This document shows, one piece after another, positions 9,038-19,683 of a stretch of 37,623 nt of DNA. The position numbers and the translations under genes are program-made. The DNA lies in sequence record SRR20825010_1514. One strand, 5' to 3'. The notes below the pieces were generated by a model. It saw only the letters and a program-made list of their open reading frames with translations. It was not told where the DNA came from and made no database searches. How positions within the stretch are numbered: position 1 is the stretch's first letter; every line of letters starts with the position of its first letter.

Positions 9038-10222
9038 TTGATAAAGCGTATTCGATACTATATTTTTCTGCGTGATGTCTTAGTCATAGCGCTAACGGCC
9101 TTTGGCGGTGCACAAGCGCATTTTGCCATGATCATTAAGATTATGGTGAAGAAAAGAGGCTACCTCACCGAGGAAGAATTAATAGAACTGAATGCGCTTT
9201 GCCAAATTTTACCGGGCCCAACTTCTACCCAAACCATTACAGCCATTGGCTACAGAATTGGTGGAGCCAACTTAGCCTACCTTACTTTGTTGGTTTGGAT
9301 GCTGCCTGCGGTAACCATTATGACCACAGCCGCCATATTGGTAGACTCTTACCAAACAAAAAACCTGAGCTTAGAGTTTACCCGATTTATTCAACCTATG
9401 GCCGTGGGATTTGTAAGCTATGGCGCTTATATTATTGCTTCAAAAGTAGTGACTACCCGAACTGCAGGTGGGTTAATGGCGCTTTCGGCCATTGTTACTT
9501 ATTTCATTTCTAAGCCGATTGCATTGCCATTGGTGTTGATTTTTGCAGGAACACTCACAGCATTTAAATACAAAAAACAGGCGCCAGAGGAGAAACAGAA
9601 GATTAAAATTAAATGGGGCAACTTCACCCTTTGGGCCTTGGTGCTGGTTACCGCTGCTGGTATAGGGGCCGTTACCCAAGATAGATTCGTATTGCTTTTT
9701 GAGAATTTTTATCGAAACGGAAGTTTGATTTTTGGTGGGGGACAAGTGTTGATTCCGTTTCTTCATACTGAGTTTGTGGAGTTTAAGGGCTTCCTTACTT
9801 CCGAGGAGTTTCTTTCTGGTTTTGCGATGGTACAAGCTGTTCCTGGGCCAGTGTTTTCAGTAAGCTCATTTGTTGGAGCATTATCTGTTCGTGAAATGGG
9901 TGTGGGTGCTCAAATTTTGGGTGGTTTTGTAGCTGCCTGCGGTATTTTTCTACCCGGTACTTTCCTGATTTTCTTTGTCATTCGCTTTTGGGACGACTTA
10001 AAACGTTACCGTGTTGTAAGGGCTTCGTTAGAAGGAATTAATGCGGCCAGTGCGGGAATGGTGGCAGCTGCGGCTTTTGTGCTATTCGAGCCAATAGAGA
10101 ATAATGTGCTCAATGTGAGTGTAATTATTGGCACGTTTGTCATGCTTACCTACACTAAAATACCACCCCCATTTATCATTTTGGCTGGGCTATTAGCCGG
10201 AATATTTATACCTCAAATTTAA
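9038..10222 (+). CDS. chrA: Chromate efflux (CHR family) transporter, long-chain
   Basis: Two repeats, AFGG...QILPGP and IFGGG...QAVPGP; many TM segments; TTG start. Confidence 0.88.
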   Translation: MIKRIRYYIFLRDVLVIALTAFGGAQAHFAMIIKIMVKKRGYLTEEELIELNALCQILPGPTSTQTITAIGYRIGGANLAYLTLLVWMLPAVTIMTTAAILVDSYQTKNLSLEFTRFIQPMAVGFVSYGAYIIASKVVTTRTAGGLMALSAIVTYFISKPIALPLVLIFAGTLTAFKYKKQAPEEKQKIKIKWGNFTLWALVLVTAAGIGAVTQDRFVLLFENFYRNGSLIFGGGQVLIPFLHTEFVEFKGFLTSEEFLSGFAMVQAVPGPVFSVSSFVGALSVREMGVGAQILGGFVAACGIFLPGTFLIFFVIRFWDDLKRYRVVRASLEGINAASAGMVAAAAFVLFEPIENNVLNVSVIIGTFVMLTYTKIPPPFIILAGLLAGIFIPQI

Positions 10223-11099
10223 GACTTACTTCTTTTTCATTCACTTCGAAAGTGGCTGGAACTCCACAATAAACAGGGAGGTTTTTTTTCTCATGACCTA
10301 GCGGAAATCCATAAGCGATTGGAATACTCAAGCCAGCTAGGTTGCGAGAAATGACCTCCAATGCTTCTAGTCCAAAACTATCCTTATGGTCTTTCATGGA
10401 AGAAAAATCTCCAATAATTACTCCAGCCAAATCATCAAGCTTTCTAGCCCTTTTTAACTGCACAAGCATCCGGTCTAAATGATAGATGTATTCACCTACT
10501 TCTTCCAAAAAGAGGATTTTGCCTTTGGTTTGAATTTCTGAAGAAGTACCTATGGAATTGCAAATGATGGATAAATTTCCACCAATAAGTTCGGCATTGG
10601 TTTGACCAAGCTGGTTTATAGAGTGGGGAGGGATGTCGTAATTTATCTTTCCTTCGAAAAGCATATTCCTCAGGCTTTCGGTGGCCAAATCATCCCAATC
10701 TAGCGTAACTGCCATTGGGCCATGAATGCAAGCAACAGCACGATTATTGAGTTCGGCAAGGAGCGATGTGATGTCGCTAAAACCACAAATCCATTTTGGG
10801 TTTTCTAGGAATTTGGTCCAATTGATTTGCTCCAGAATTCTTGTAGTGCCATAGCCGCCACGAGCAATCAGAATCGCTTTAATTTCAGGGTGGTCCAATG
10901 CTTCTTGTAGATCATGAAGTCTTTGATTGTCTGTTCCCGCAAAATAATGATCTGTCGCTAAAATGTGCTCACCTAAAACAGGAGTTAATCCCCATTCGGT
11001 TAGAGTGTTTACTGCAAAAGTCAAATCAGACTGGATTTTCTTGGCAGGAGCTACGATGGCAATCTTATCGCCTTGACTTAATAAAGGGGGAATCAACAT
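10206..11099 (-). CDS. LD-carboxypeptidase (peptidase S66)
   Basis: ARGGYG, GFSDIT (Ser), LFLEEVGE (Glu), PLGH (His). Confidence 0.92.
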   Translation of the reverse strand: MLIPPLLSQGDKIAIVAPAKKIQSDLTFAVNTLTEWGLTPVLGEHILATDHYFAGTDNQRLHDLQEALDHPEIKAILIARGGYGTTRILEQINWTKFLENPKWICGFSDITSLLAELNNRAVACIHGPMAVTLDWDDLATESLRNMLFEGKINYDIPPHSINQLGQTNAELIGGNLSIICNSIGTSSEIQTKGKILFLEEVGEYIYHLDRMLVQLKRARKLDDLAGVIIGDFSSMKDHKDSFGLEALEVISRNLAGLSIPIAYGFPLGHEKKNLPVYCGVPATFEVNEKEVSLKFEV

Positions 11100-11110
11100 G
11101 CCTCTAAAGT

Positions 11111-11143
11111 AAAAAGAAGACGCCTGAATAAGACGCCTTCTTT
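11111..11143 (-). terminator. Intrinsic terminator of clpB
   Basis: Minus strand AAGAAGGCGTCT-tattc-AGGCGTCTTCTTTTT; the stem pairs fully only on this strand (two G-U pairs). Confidence 0.8.
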
Positions 11144-11172
11144 AACTTTTTATATTGTAGTACTTTTAAAAA

Positions 11173-13794
11173 CTACAACGCTTCTACTTTTTCAATATTC
11201 ACAAATTCGATTTCCTTGTCAGCGGTAAGCTCTATGCTCACGACTGAATCTTTATCGACTTTACCAGCTAAAATTTGTTTTGAAAGTTCGTTCAGTACTT
11301 TGCTTTGAATCACTCTTTTAAGCGGACGGGCACCGTATTGCGGATCCCAGCCTAACTCTCCAAGGTAATCGAGCACTTCGTCAGTCGCTTCAATTTCAAT
11401 TCCATTTTCACTCAATTGATTCTGAATTAAGCCAAACTGTATCCTTACAATCTGTCTTATGTTATTGCGGTTAAGCGGCATAAACATGATTGTTTCATCA
11501 ATTCGGTTCAAGAACTCTGGCCTCACCGATTTCTTCAACTGATCCATTACCTCCGTCTTAGTTTCATCAATTACATCCAATACATTCTCTTCAGTAATTG
11601 TAGCGAAGTTGTCTTGAATGATGGTTGAACCAATATTCGTAGTCATAATAATGATCGTGTTCTTGAAGTTGGCCACACGGCCTTTATTATCCGTCAAACG
11701 ACCATCGTCTAACACTTGCAATAACACATTGAAAGCATCTGGGTGCGCCTTTTCAATCTCATCCAATAAGATGACTGAATAAGGTTTTCTACGTACCGCC
11801 TCTGTCAACTGACCACCTTCATCATAACCAACATAGCCCGGAGGCGCTCCAATAAGTCTACTCACTGCATGGCGCTCCTGATATTCTGACATATCGATAC
11901 GGACCATATTGTTTTCATCATTGAAGAGGTATTCTGCCAAGGCTTTTGCCAACTCAGTTTTACCTACCCCAGTCGTTCCTAAGAAAATGAAAGAACCAAT
12001 CGGACGTTTTGGGTCTTGTAAACCAGCTCGACTTCTTCGAACAGCATCGGAAAGGGCGGTTATCGCTTCTTTCTGTCCTGCCACACGTTTCCCCAGCTCT
12101 TCTTCCAAGTGAAGTAGTTTTTCACGATCAGATTGAAGCATTTTAGAGAGCGGAATACCTGTCCATTTTGCTACCACTTCAGCAATGTCCTCAGCATCTA
12201 CTTCTTCCTTGAGCAAGGTTTTTTCACCTTGCATATCCTTCATGGCAGCCTTCTGCTCTTCTAGCTTCTGCTCTGATTCCACAATTTTACCGTAACGAAT
12301 TTCTGCTACTCGACCGAAATCTCCTTCACGTTCAGCTTTTTCAGCTTCAGACTTATAACGGTCTATGCTTTCCTTTGCTTCGCGAATGCTTGTGATCACC
12401 GATTTCTCGTTTTCCCACTTCGCTTTAAGGTCATCTCGTTTCTCAGAAATTTCTGCTATCTCTTTAGAAAGCACGGTTTCTTTGTCTTTGTTCTTCTCTC
12501 TACGAATGGCCTCTCGCTCAATTTCTAATTGCATGATTTTACGGTTCATCTCATCCAATTCTTGCGGAAGAGAATCCATTTCAATACGCATTTTGGCAGC
12601 GGCTTCATCCATTAAGTCAATGGCCTTATCTGGTAAGAAACGATCGGAAATGTATCGACTCGAAAGCTCTACTGCAGCAATTACCGCATCATCTTTAATT
12701 CGAACCCCGTGGTGAACCTCATATTTTTCTTTGATGCCTCGCAGAATTGAAATGGCATCATCACGGTCAGGTTCATCGACAATTACCGATTGAAATCTTC
12801 TTTCTAAGGCTTTGTCTTTTTCAATGTACTTTTGATATTCTTTTAGAGTAGTAGCTCCTATAGCATGAAGTTCACCTCGTGCCAAAGCTGGTTTTAACAG
12901 GTTGGCCGCATCCATAGCGCCTTCGCCTCCTCCACCTGCTCCAATTAGAGTATGAATTTCGTCAATGAAGAGAATGATCTCTCCAGCGGCATCTTGTACT
13001 TCTTTAATTACGGCTTTCAAACGCTCTTCGAATTCGCCTTTGTATTTGGCTCCTGCTACCAAAAGTCCCATATCCAAAGAGATAATGGTTTTTGATTTTA
13101 GGTTTTCTGGTACATCACCATCGATGATACGCTGCGCGAGCCCCTCTACAATTGCAGTTTTACCTACGCCTGGTTCACCCAAAAGAATTGGGTTGTTCTT
13201 CGTTCTTCTTGAAAGAATTTGAAGCACCCTTCTAATTTCTTCGTCACGCCCAATTACAGGGTCAATTTTACCCCGACTGGCGAGTTCGTTGAGATTTTTA
13301 GAATACTTGCTAAGCGATTGATATTTGGACTCAGCGTTGGCGTCCGTTACACTGTTTCCTCCACGTAACTCCTTAATGGCGGCAATCAGCTCTTTCTTTC
13401 CAAAGCCAACCTCCTTCAACATTGAGGCTACTTTATCTTTTCCTGCCAATAGACCAAGAACGATGTGCTCAATGGCAACATACTCATCTTTGAAGTCCTT
13501 CAGGAATTCTAATGATTTGGTAAGGGCCGAATGGGCATCGTTAGATAAATAAGGTTGCGAACTACTTCCGCTTACTTTTGGGTATCCGTTTACTATATCT
13601 TCCAGTTTGGTTTCAAACTGTACCTTGTTCACACTCAGTTTCTTTATCAGGAAAGAAAGCACATTCTCATCCGATAAAAGGATCGCCTTCAAAAGGTGTC
13701 CTGGCTCGATGGCTTGCTGCTCATTACCAGCGGCAAGCTCGGCCGCCTTTTGAATGGCTTCCTGCGATTTGATTGTATATTTTTTAAAATCCAT
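11173..13794 (-). CDS. clpB: ATP-dependent disaggregase ClpB
   Basis: Two AAA modules ([27 protein letters not shown]), coiled-coil M domain, GARPLKR. Start at MDFKKYT. Confidence 0.97.
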   Translation of the reverse strand: MDFKKYTIKSQEAIQKAAELAAGNEQQAIEPGHLLKAILLSDENVLSFLIKKLSVNKVQFETKLEDIVNGYPKVSGSSSQPYLSNDAHSALTKSLEFLKDFKDEYVAIEHIVLGLLAGKDKVASMLKEVGFGKKELIAAIKELRGGNSVTDANAESKYQSLSKYSKNLNELASRGKIDPVIGRDEEIRRVLQILSRRTKNNPILLGEPGVGKTAIVEGLAQRIIDGDVPENLKSKTIISLDMGLLVAGAKYKGEFEERLKAVIKEVQDAAGEIILFIDEIHTLIGAGGGGEGAMDAANLLKPALARGELHAIGATTLKEYQKYIEKDKALERRFQSVIVDEPDRDDAISILRGIKEKYEVHHGVRIKDDAVIAAVELSSRYISDRFLPDKAIDLMDEAAAKMRIEMDSLPQELDEMNRKIMQLEIEREAIRREKNKDKETVLSKEIAEISEKRDDLKAKWENEKSVITSIREAKESIDRYKSEAEKAEREGDFGRVAEIRYGKIVESEQKLEEQKAAMKDMQGEKTLLKEEVDAEDIAEVVAKWTGIPLSKMLQSDREKLLHLEEELGKRVAGQKEAITALSDAVRRSRAGLQDPKRPIGSFIFLGTTGVGKTELAKALAEYLFNDENNMVRIDMSEYQERHAVSRLIGAPPGYVGYDEGGQLTEAVRRKPYSVILLDEIEKAHPDAFNVLLQVLDDGRLTDNKGRVANFKNTIIIMTTNIGSTIIQDNFATITEENVLDVIDETKTEVMDQLKKSVRPEFLNRIDETIMFMPLNRNNIRQIVRIQFGLIQNQLSENGIEIEATDEVLDYLGELGWDPQYGARPLKRVIQSKVLNELSKQILAGKVDKDSVVSIELTADKEIEFVNIEKVEAL

Positions 13795-13848
13795 GATTGT
13801 TGTTTTTCTTTCAATAGAGTCAGTTTTAAGGCCGACATCGCTACCATT

Positions 13849-13928
13849 ACAAACCATAATCCAATGTTGATGTTCGGAAAATTTGGCCGAAAAAAGTTAG
13901 CTCATTTCGTTTATTCGGACATTATGTC
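13849..13928 (-). promoter_or_regulatory. Candidate clpB control region (GG-N10-GT element plus GACA-N3-TGTC palindrome)
   Basis: Minus strand TTGGATTATGGTTTGT at 13864-13849; GACATTATGTC at 13918-13928; degenerate GAAAATTTGGC at 13877-13887. Confidence 0.4.
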
Positions 13929-13957
13929 TTAGATTCGCACAATTAATATTTAGAAAT

Positions 13958-14380
13958 ATGCCAAGAGTGAAGATGGAGTTACCCGATGTTTTTCTGTTTG
14001 AAACTGAAATCAAAGTCAGAATATCGGACATTAACTATGGAGGGCATTTGGGTAACGACAGCGTGCTGAGTATGATTCATGAATCGCGCTATCGCTTCTT
14101 TAATTCATTGGGCTATAAAGACGAACTTTCGATTGATGGTTGTGGTACAATTCAGGCCGATATAGCGATTGTCTACAAGGGTGAAGCCTTTCATGGAGAT
14201 GATATTAAAGTTGAAATAGCGGTTGCAGAGATTAGTAAGAAAAGCTTTGAGTTGGTGTATAGATTGAGCCGTGGCACAAATGAAATTGCTCGAGCAAAAA
14301 CAGGAATTGCGATGTTCGATTACAAAGAGAGCAAAGTGGTAAACATCCCTGCACCATTCCTTTCAAAGATTCAAGCTTAG
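13958..14380 (+). CDS. Acyl-CoA thioesterase (hotdog fold, 4HBT-like)
   Basis: VRISDINYGGHLGN motif; YKGEAFHGD. Confidence 0.88.
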   Translation: MPRVKMELPDVFLFETEIKVRISDINYGGHLGNDSVLSMIHESRYRFFNSLGYKDELSIDGCGTIQADIAIVYKGEAFHGDDIKVEIAVAEISKKSFELVYRLSRGTNEIARAKTGIAMFDYKESKVVNIPAPFLSKIQA

Positions 14381-14385
14381 ATCGT

Positions 14386-14393
14386 TACCTTTG
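14386..14393 (+). promoter_or_regulatory. -7 promoter element for rlmN
   Basis: TACCTTTG, a perfect TAnnTTTG match, 4 nt before the ATG. Confidence 0.65.
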
Positions 14394-14397
14394 CAAA

Positions 14398-15438
14398 ATG
14401 GTTGAGGCAAAACGCGACATTAGACAACTCTCGCTCGAAGAAATTCAAGAGTTTTTTGTGAGCATTGGAGACAAGGCTTTTAGAGCAAAACAAGTGTATG
14501 AATGGCTTTGGAAAAAATCGGCAAAGGATTTTGACCAAATGACCAATATTTCGCTTTCTACCCGTGATCTTCTTAAGGAGAAATTCAGCATCAATCACAT
14601 TAAAGTGGATGAGATGCAACGAAGTTCTGATGGCACCATCAAGAATGCGGTGCGTTTGCATGACGGTATGACGGTGGAATCGGTATTAATTCCAACAGGC
14701 ACTCGTATTACTGCCTGTATTTCATCTCAAGTCGGTTGTAGCTTGGATTGTCATTTTTGCGCCACGGCCCGCCTGAAGCGCATGCGTAATTTAAATCCTG
14801 ATGAAATCTACGATCAGGTAGTCGCTATTAAAGAAGAGGGTGAACTGTACTTTGGTCGTCCACTGACGAATATTGTGTACATGGGAATGGGAGAGCCTTT
14901 GCTCAATTACCAAAATGTAATGGAATCCATCCGTAAAATTACCTCTCCAGAAGGCTTGGGCATGTCGCCAAAGAGGATCACGCTTTCTACTGTGGGCATT
15001 CCCAAAATGATTATGCGTATGGCGGATGAGGATATGAAGTTCAATTTAGCCGTTTCGCTGCATTCTGCCATTGACGAAACGCGCTCGAAAGTAATGCCGA
15101 TCAACGAAAAAAGTGACCTAAATGAATTGGCGGAATCGTTGATCTATTGGTATCAGAAAACGAATCGAAAAATCACTTTTGAGTATGTGATTTGGAAAGA
15201 TATTAATGATGATGAAAGGCACGCACATGCTTTGGCCAAATACTGTGGCCGTGTGGCCTCTAAAGTCAATCTGATTGAATACAACCCGATTGACGATGGC
15301 ATGTTTCAGCAAGCAGCTCCGGAAAAAACCGAGATGTATGAGAAAATTCTTGGCGAGAAAGGCATTATTGTAAACGTGCGTAGAAGCCGAGGGAAAGATA
15401 TTGATGCGGCTTGTGGTCAATTGGCCAATAAGCTATAA
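14398..15438 (+). CDS. rlmN: 23S rRNA A2503 / tRNA C2-methyltransferase (radical SAM)
   Basis: CISSQVGCSLDCHFC (CxxxCxxC), MGMGEP, SLH, DIDAACGQL. Confidence 0.96.
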   Translation: MVEAKRDIRQLSLEEIQEFFVSIGDKAFRAKQVYEWLWKKSAKDFDQMTNISLSTRDLLKEKFSINHIKVDEMQRSSDGTIKNAVRLHDGMTVESVLIPTGTRITACISSQVGCSLDCHFCATARLKRMRNLNPDEIYDQVVAIKEEGELYFGRPLTNIVYMGMGEPLLNYQNVMESIRKITSPEGLGMSPKRITLSTVGIPKMIMRMADEDMKFNLAVSLHSAIDETRSKVMPINEKSDLNELAESLIYWYQKTNRKITFEYVIWKDINDDERHAHALAKYCGRVASKVNLIEYNPIDDGMFQQAAPEKTEMYEKILGEKGIIVNVRRSRGKDIDAACGQLANKL

Positions 15439-15462
15439 ACCTTTTGGCTTTACGGCCGTCTA
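15436..15462 (+). promoter_or_regulatory. Candidate ECF sigma promoter
   Basis: TAAAC-N16-CGTCTA upstream of the CDS at 15520. Confidence 0.5.
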
Positions 15463-15519
15463 TAAATTATCTTATATTCTGATTTCTCTTATTAATTCTC
15501 TTGTGTTTATCCTGATTTC

Positions 15520-17964
15520 ATGACCAAAAAAATAATTCTAGTAGGACTGCTAGCATTGGTGTTCAGTGCCGTTCAGGCTCAAAAAGGCACTACAGTACAA
15601 GAGAAACTCGACTATTATAATCAAGAATATCCTCAGGAGAAGGTTTACTTACACACCGACAGAAAGTATTATGCACCTGGTGAACCCATTTGGTTCCAGT
15701 CGTATTTAACGGCAGGCTACCTTCATGAACCTTCCCCCTTCAGTGCTAATGTTTATGTTGAACTCTATTCTGCGACTGATAGCCTAGTGGCCGAAAAACT
15801 GATTTTTTCTGAAGGTGGATTCGGTCAAGGTGTAATAGATGTTCCTCAGCAACTAACAGAAGGCAACTATGTATTGCGGGCCTACACGAACTGGATGCGT
15901 AATTTTGACCAAAGCTTCTTTTTTGAAAAGCCCATAGTGGTTGTCACTGGTTCGGAATTAGAGAGAGCTACTTCTACTACGAATAGAAGAATCGATCTTC
16001 AATTTTTTCCTGAAGGCGGAAATTTGGTGAGTGAAATTCCTACCAAAGTGGGCTTCAAAGCAATCAATAGCTCAGGCAAAGGTATATATGTGGAGGGTGA
16101 AGTATACAACAGTACAGGCACTAAGGTGACGAGCTTTAATACCGAACACGATGGTATGGGACTGTTTACCTTGATTCCTCAGAAGGGAGAATCCTATAGC
16201 GTTAAGCTAATGGGCCAAAATGAAACTTATAGCCTTCCCAAATTGGAAAACGAAGGCTATGGCATTCAAGTAATCCAACGGCCAAACCAGTTGAGATTAA
16301 TATTTAGGGCCAACGTAAGTAATCCTTCAAAAGGTAGATTTAAAGCACTAATCCATACCCGTGGTTTGGTATCACACACCATAGAAGTCGACCTTTCAAA
16401 GGGTGAGGCCTTAGGAGTGATTTCCACAGACGAAATACCAGCTGGTATCTCTCATATTACCCTTTTTGATGAGAATGATAGGCCTTTGCTGGAGCGCTTG
16501 GTTTTTATTGAACGTCCGATAGAGACGAGCTTGGTCTTGGACAAGAGTAGCTATAAGGCAAGAGAGAAACTTACTACAAAAATTAAACTGACCGATACCA
16601 ACGGAGATCCTTTCAGAGGCATGATGTCGATGAGTGTTTTGGATATGGATAAAGTAATTGATGGGAGTCCAGAACAGACAATTTACTCGGAGCTATTACT
16701 CAGTTCTGACCTGAAAGGCTACGTTGATAATCCGATGTACTACTTCAATAGAGAAAATACTGAAGCCGAAAAACACCTTGATTTGGTAATGATGACCCAT
16801 GGCTGGAGTCGGTTTGTATGGGATGACTTGATGAACGATAATTATCCAGGCTTTGATTTTCCAGTGGAGTTGGGGGTTTCATTGGAGGGAACGCTGTACA
16901 AAGAATCGAGTAAGAAAACAGAATCTTCTGGCAAGGTAACCCTAGTGAATAATCGTTCTTTTCCTCCCCTTATATTAGAAGCAGAAACAGATAAGGACGG
17001 TCGTTTTTCTTTTCAAAATTTATTGGTGTACAAATCGGATAACCTTTTGCTGAAAGGAAAAAGCTCGAAAGATAAAGATAAGGTTCGCTTTGAAGTTGAT
17101 ACCCTGAAAGAGAGGGTCAACTCTCCATCACCCAATTTTAAGTCAATTCTTAGCCATGAAGAAGTGCTAGAAAAAGAAGACTTTTTGCAATTCAAAAAAG
17201 AGAGAGATATGATTGAAAGGGCTTTCAATCCAGACTCTTTATTTACCGATTTAGGGACGGTAATGGTAGAAGGCAGCAAGTTACAAGTCGAGCGGGAAGA
17301 CAAGCAGCTAAAGGAGGAAACCGCTTATGGCAGAGGGACTTCGGCTTTTGATTTTACAGAATGGTCCGCCACGGGTGCCTATACCAATATTTTTTCTGCT
17401 TTGGTCGGCAAGTTCCCAGGGGTTACTGTGCGTATGGGGCCAACGGGAGAGCCGACTGTGGTGATCCGTGCAGGAGGCTTTACTTACCCAGCACTTTTTT
17501 TACTAGACGATGTCCCTACTGATGCTGCTTTAATTTCGGGCTTATCACCCATGAATTTTTCAAGGGTAGTTCTATTTAAAGGATTGGCCGCCACCGCTAT
17601 ATTTGGAGATGCAGGAAAAGGCGGTGTGATGGCTTTCTATACAAAGTCGGCTGATGGCATATCACTAAGCCCAGAAGAGTTGAAAAACAGCAGTACAATG
17701 ATTGTGGAGTTGCCTTATACCTATGACCAACCTAGGGAGTTCTACGCGCCCAAGTATGACATTCAAAAACCAGAAGATGCCAAACCAGATAAACGCGCTG
17801 TTTTACACTGGCAAACCATGATTTCGTTAGACGAAAATGGAGAGGCAACTATCGAGTTTTATAATTCAGATGATGCAAAGCACATAATGATTGATGTGCA
17901 AGGCCTCACCAATTCTGGTATTCCATTCTTCATTAACGAAATCTATTCTATTGGTAAGAACTAA
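15520..17964 (+). CDS. Exported MG2 (macroglobulin-like) domain / TonB-plug-like domain protein
   Basis: Signal peptide; QEKVYLHTDRKYYAPGE (MG2-like); FFPEGG; LLSSDLKGYVDNP; plug-like PALFLLDD...AIFGDAGKGGVM; REFYAPKY; VLHWQT. Confidence 0.8.
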   Translation: MTKKIILVGLLALVFSAVQAQKGTTVQEKLDYYNQEYPQEKVYLHTDRKYYAPGEPIWFQSYLTAGYLHEPSPFSANVYVELYSATDSLVAEKLIFSEGGFGQGVIDVPQQLTEGNYVLRAYTNWMRNFDQSFFFEKPIVVVTGSELERATSTTNRRIDLQFFPEGGNLVSEIPTKVGFKAINSSGKGIYVEGEVYNSTGTKVTSFNTEHDGMGLFTLIPQKGESYSVKLMGQNETYSLPKLENEGYGIQVIQRPNQLRLIFRANVSNPSKGRFKALIHTRGLVSHTIEVDLSKGEALGVISTDEIPAGISHITLFDENDRPLLERLVFIERPIETSLVLDKSSYKAREKLTTKIKLTDTNGDPFRGMMSMSVLDMDKVIDGSPEQTIYSELLLSSDLKGYVDNPMYYFNRENTEAEKHLDLVMMTHGWSRFVWDDLMNDNYPGFDFPVELGVSLEGTLYKESSKKTESSGKVTLVNNRSFPPLILEAETDKDGRFSFQNLLVYKSDNLLLKGKSSKDKDKVRFEVDTLKERVNSPSPNFKSILSHEEVLEKEDFLQFKKERDMIERAFNPDSLFTDLGTVMVEGSKLQVEREDKQLKEETAYGRGTSAFDFTEWSATGAYTNIFSALVGKFPGVTVRMGPTGEPTVVIRAGGFTYPALFLLDDVPTDAALISGLSPMNFSRVVLFKGLAATAIFGDAGKGGVMAFYTKSADGISLSPEELKNSSTMIVELPYTYDQPREFYAPKYDIQKPEDAKPDKRAVLHWQTMISLDENGEATIEFYNSDDAKHIMIDVQGLTNSGIPFFINEIYSIGKN

Positions 17965-18875
17965 TCCTTACTGGCGTTAAATAGCTTTTGTTTTTCTTCT
18001 TTGGTCAGCGCGTCATACCCTCTATCTGAAATTTTATCCAAAATAGCGTCAATTTCACTTTGTGAGGTTTCTGATTTCTTCTTTTCCTGAGGCTTGGAAC
18101 TTGCTTTTGACTTAGCACTTCCACTCGCTTTTTCCTTGCGATAAGTTACTTTGATCTTTGGCTGTGGCTTAAAAAGGCTTTTCACCCAAGTTATAAATTG
18201 CACAACAACCCTGCTCCAATCATTGCCGCTTTTCAATTGGGTAATGAATAAGAATCCAGCTAAGGCACCTCCTAAGTGCGCTATTTCGCCTCCAGCATTG
18301 GAGCCCGTAGATTGGAGTAAAGAAGTAATAACATAAAATGCAGCAATGTATTTCAACCTTACCGGCCCAAGGAAAATCAAAGGAATTGTAAAGTTGGGCA
18401 TAAAAGTGGCTGCTCCAACAACAATAGCAATTACGCCACCGGAAGCACCTAACAGGTAAGTGCCTTCAATTGCTGGTGCATAGAAAGGCAACAGATTGTA
18501 AATTAGCAGGTATAAAACTCCACCCAAAATCCCTCCCCACACATATAATCCTAAAACCTTATTTTGGCCAATATATTCTGCTATAATTTTCCCAAACCAG
18601 TAGAGGAACAACATATTGAAAAGGATATGGAAAATTCCTTCATGATAGAAGAAATAGGTAATTAAACTCCAAGGCTGGTAGATCAACTGGCTTGGGTCTG
18701 CCGGAAGCATTAAGTAATGACTAATGCTTTGAAAAAGCCCACCATAGCCAGCAATAGTGAAGAACACGCCTATGACTCCCAGTACTACAAATGCCATCAC
18801 ATTGATGACAATCAACTGGTTTAAGATATTTCCTGTTTTAAACGCGAGTTTAAAATCGTCTAGAATGCTATTCAT
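17961..18875 (-). CDS. Rhomboid intramembrane serine protease with soluble C-terminal domain
   Basis: PWSLITYFFYH, HILFNM, GASGG (Ser), AHLGG (His); tail IDAILDKISDRGYDALTKEEK. Confidence 0.92.
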   Translation of the reverse strand: MNSILDDFKLAFKTGNILNQLIVINVMAFVVLGVIGVFFTIAGYGGLFQSISHYLMLPADPSQLIYQPWSLITYFFYHEGIFHILFNMLFLYWFGKIIAEYIGQNKVLGLYVWGGILGGVLYLLIYNLLPFYAPAIEGTYLLGASGGVIAIVVGAATFMPNFTIPLIFLGPVRLKYIAAFYVITSLLQSTGSNAGGEIAHLGGALAGFLFITQLKSGNDWSRVVVQFITWVKSLFKPQPKIKVTYRKEKASGSAKSKASSKPQEKKKSETSQSEIDAILDKISDRGYDALTKEEKQKLFNASKD

Positions 18876-18880
18876 ATGTT

Positions 18881-19678
18881 TTAATAAAATTCCCTTCTAT
18901 TCTTTTTCCAGTAGGTAACTAAGAAAAAGGCAATGATTGCTCCACCGATATGTGCCAAATGTGCCACGTTATCTCCTTGCGATCTTTGAAATTCAGCAAA
19001 CAGCTCATAAAGAATGTACACTGTAACCAAATATTTTGCCTTAATGGGGAAAGGAAGAAAGAGTAGGAAAAGTTCGGTATTGGGGAATAAAAGGGCAAAT
19101 GCTGCTAAAATTCCAAATACTGCACCCGAGGCCCCAACCATTGGGTAATTACCGAAGAAGGCATAGAGTCCGCGTGCGGCCTGAATCGATTCCTGTTTTA
19201 GTCGTGGATCGTTTTCGTTTCTAGAGTAATCATCGATCAATTTGTAAATGTATTCTGCTTTGTAAACGTTGTGCTTGGCAATTAGACGGTTGAAATCTTC
19301 AGAATTAGGGTTGTCCAAATAGCTTTCTACATCATTTTTTATCGCACTAACCTCTAGGTAATTTGCTCCTGTGTAGAAAAGGCCTGCGCCCACGCCTGTG
19401 ACCATATAAAGGATGATGAACTTCTTCGGCCCTAAAAACTGCTCTAAGAGTGGCCCAAAAATAAAGAGGGCAAACATGTTTCCGAAAATGTGCATCGGAC
19501 TCGATATGTCATGTAGAAACATATAAGTGACAAACTGCACTGGATTAAAGTTATCAGAGGCAATGAAGTACAAGCCAAAGCGGCTACCCAAATCCATTTT
19601 TAGTAAAAACTGAACCAACCAAATTCCGATATTAATATATAGGAGGTTTTTTACAAGGGGAGTAAGTCGTCCAAACAT
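18881..19678 (-). CDS. Rhomboid intramembrane serine protease
   Basis: TYMFLH, HIFGNM, GASGA, AHLAHIGGA. Confidence 0.92.
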   Translation of the reverse strand: MFGRLTPLVKNLLYINIGIWLVQFLLKMDLGSRFGLYFIASDNFNPVQFVTYMFLHDISSPMHIFGNMFALFIFGPLLEQFLGPKKFIILYMVTGVGAGLFYTGANYLEVSAIKNDVESYLDNPNSEDFNRLIAKHNVYKAEYIYKLIDDYSRNENDPRLKQESIQAARGLYAFFGNYPMVGASGAVFGILAAFALLFPNTELFLLFLPFPIKAKYLVTVYILYELFAEFQRSQGDNVAHLAHIGGAIIAFFLVTYWKKNRREFY

Positions 19679-19683
19679 AGGTG

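Noticed and set aside
15520-17964. Call as a complete TonB-dependent receptor partnering the TonB-C protein
   Set aside because: No beta-barrel or terminal aromatic residue, and the gene is unlinked to the ECF operon.
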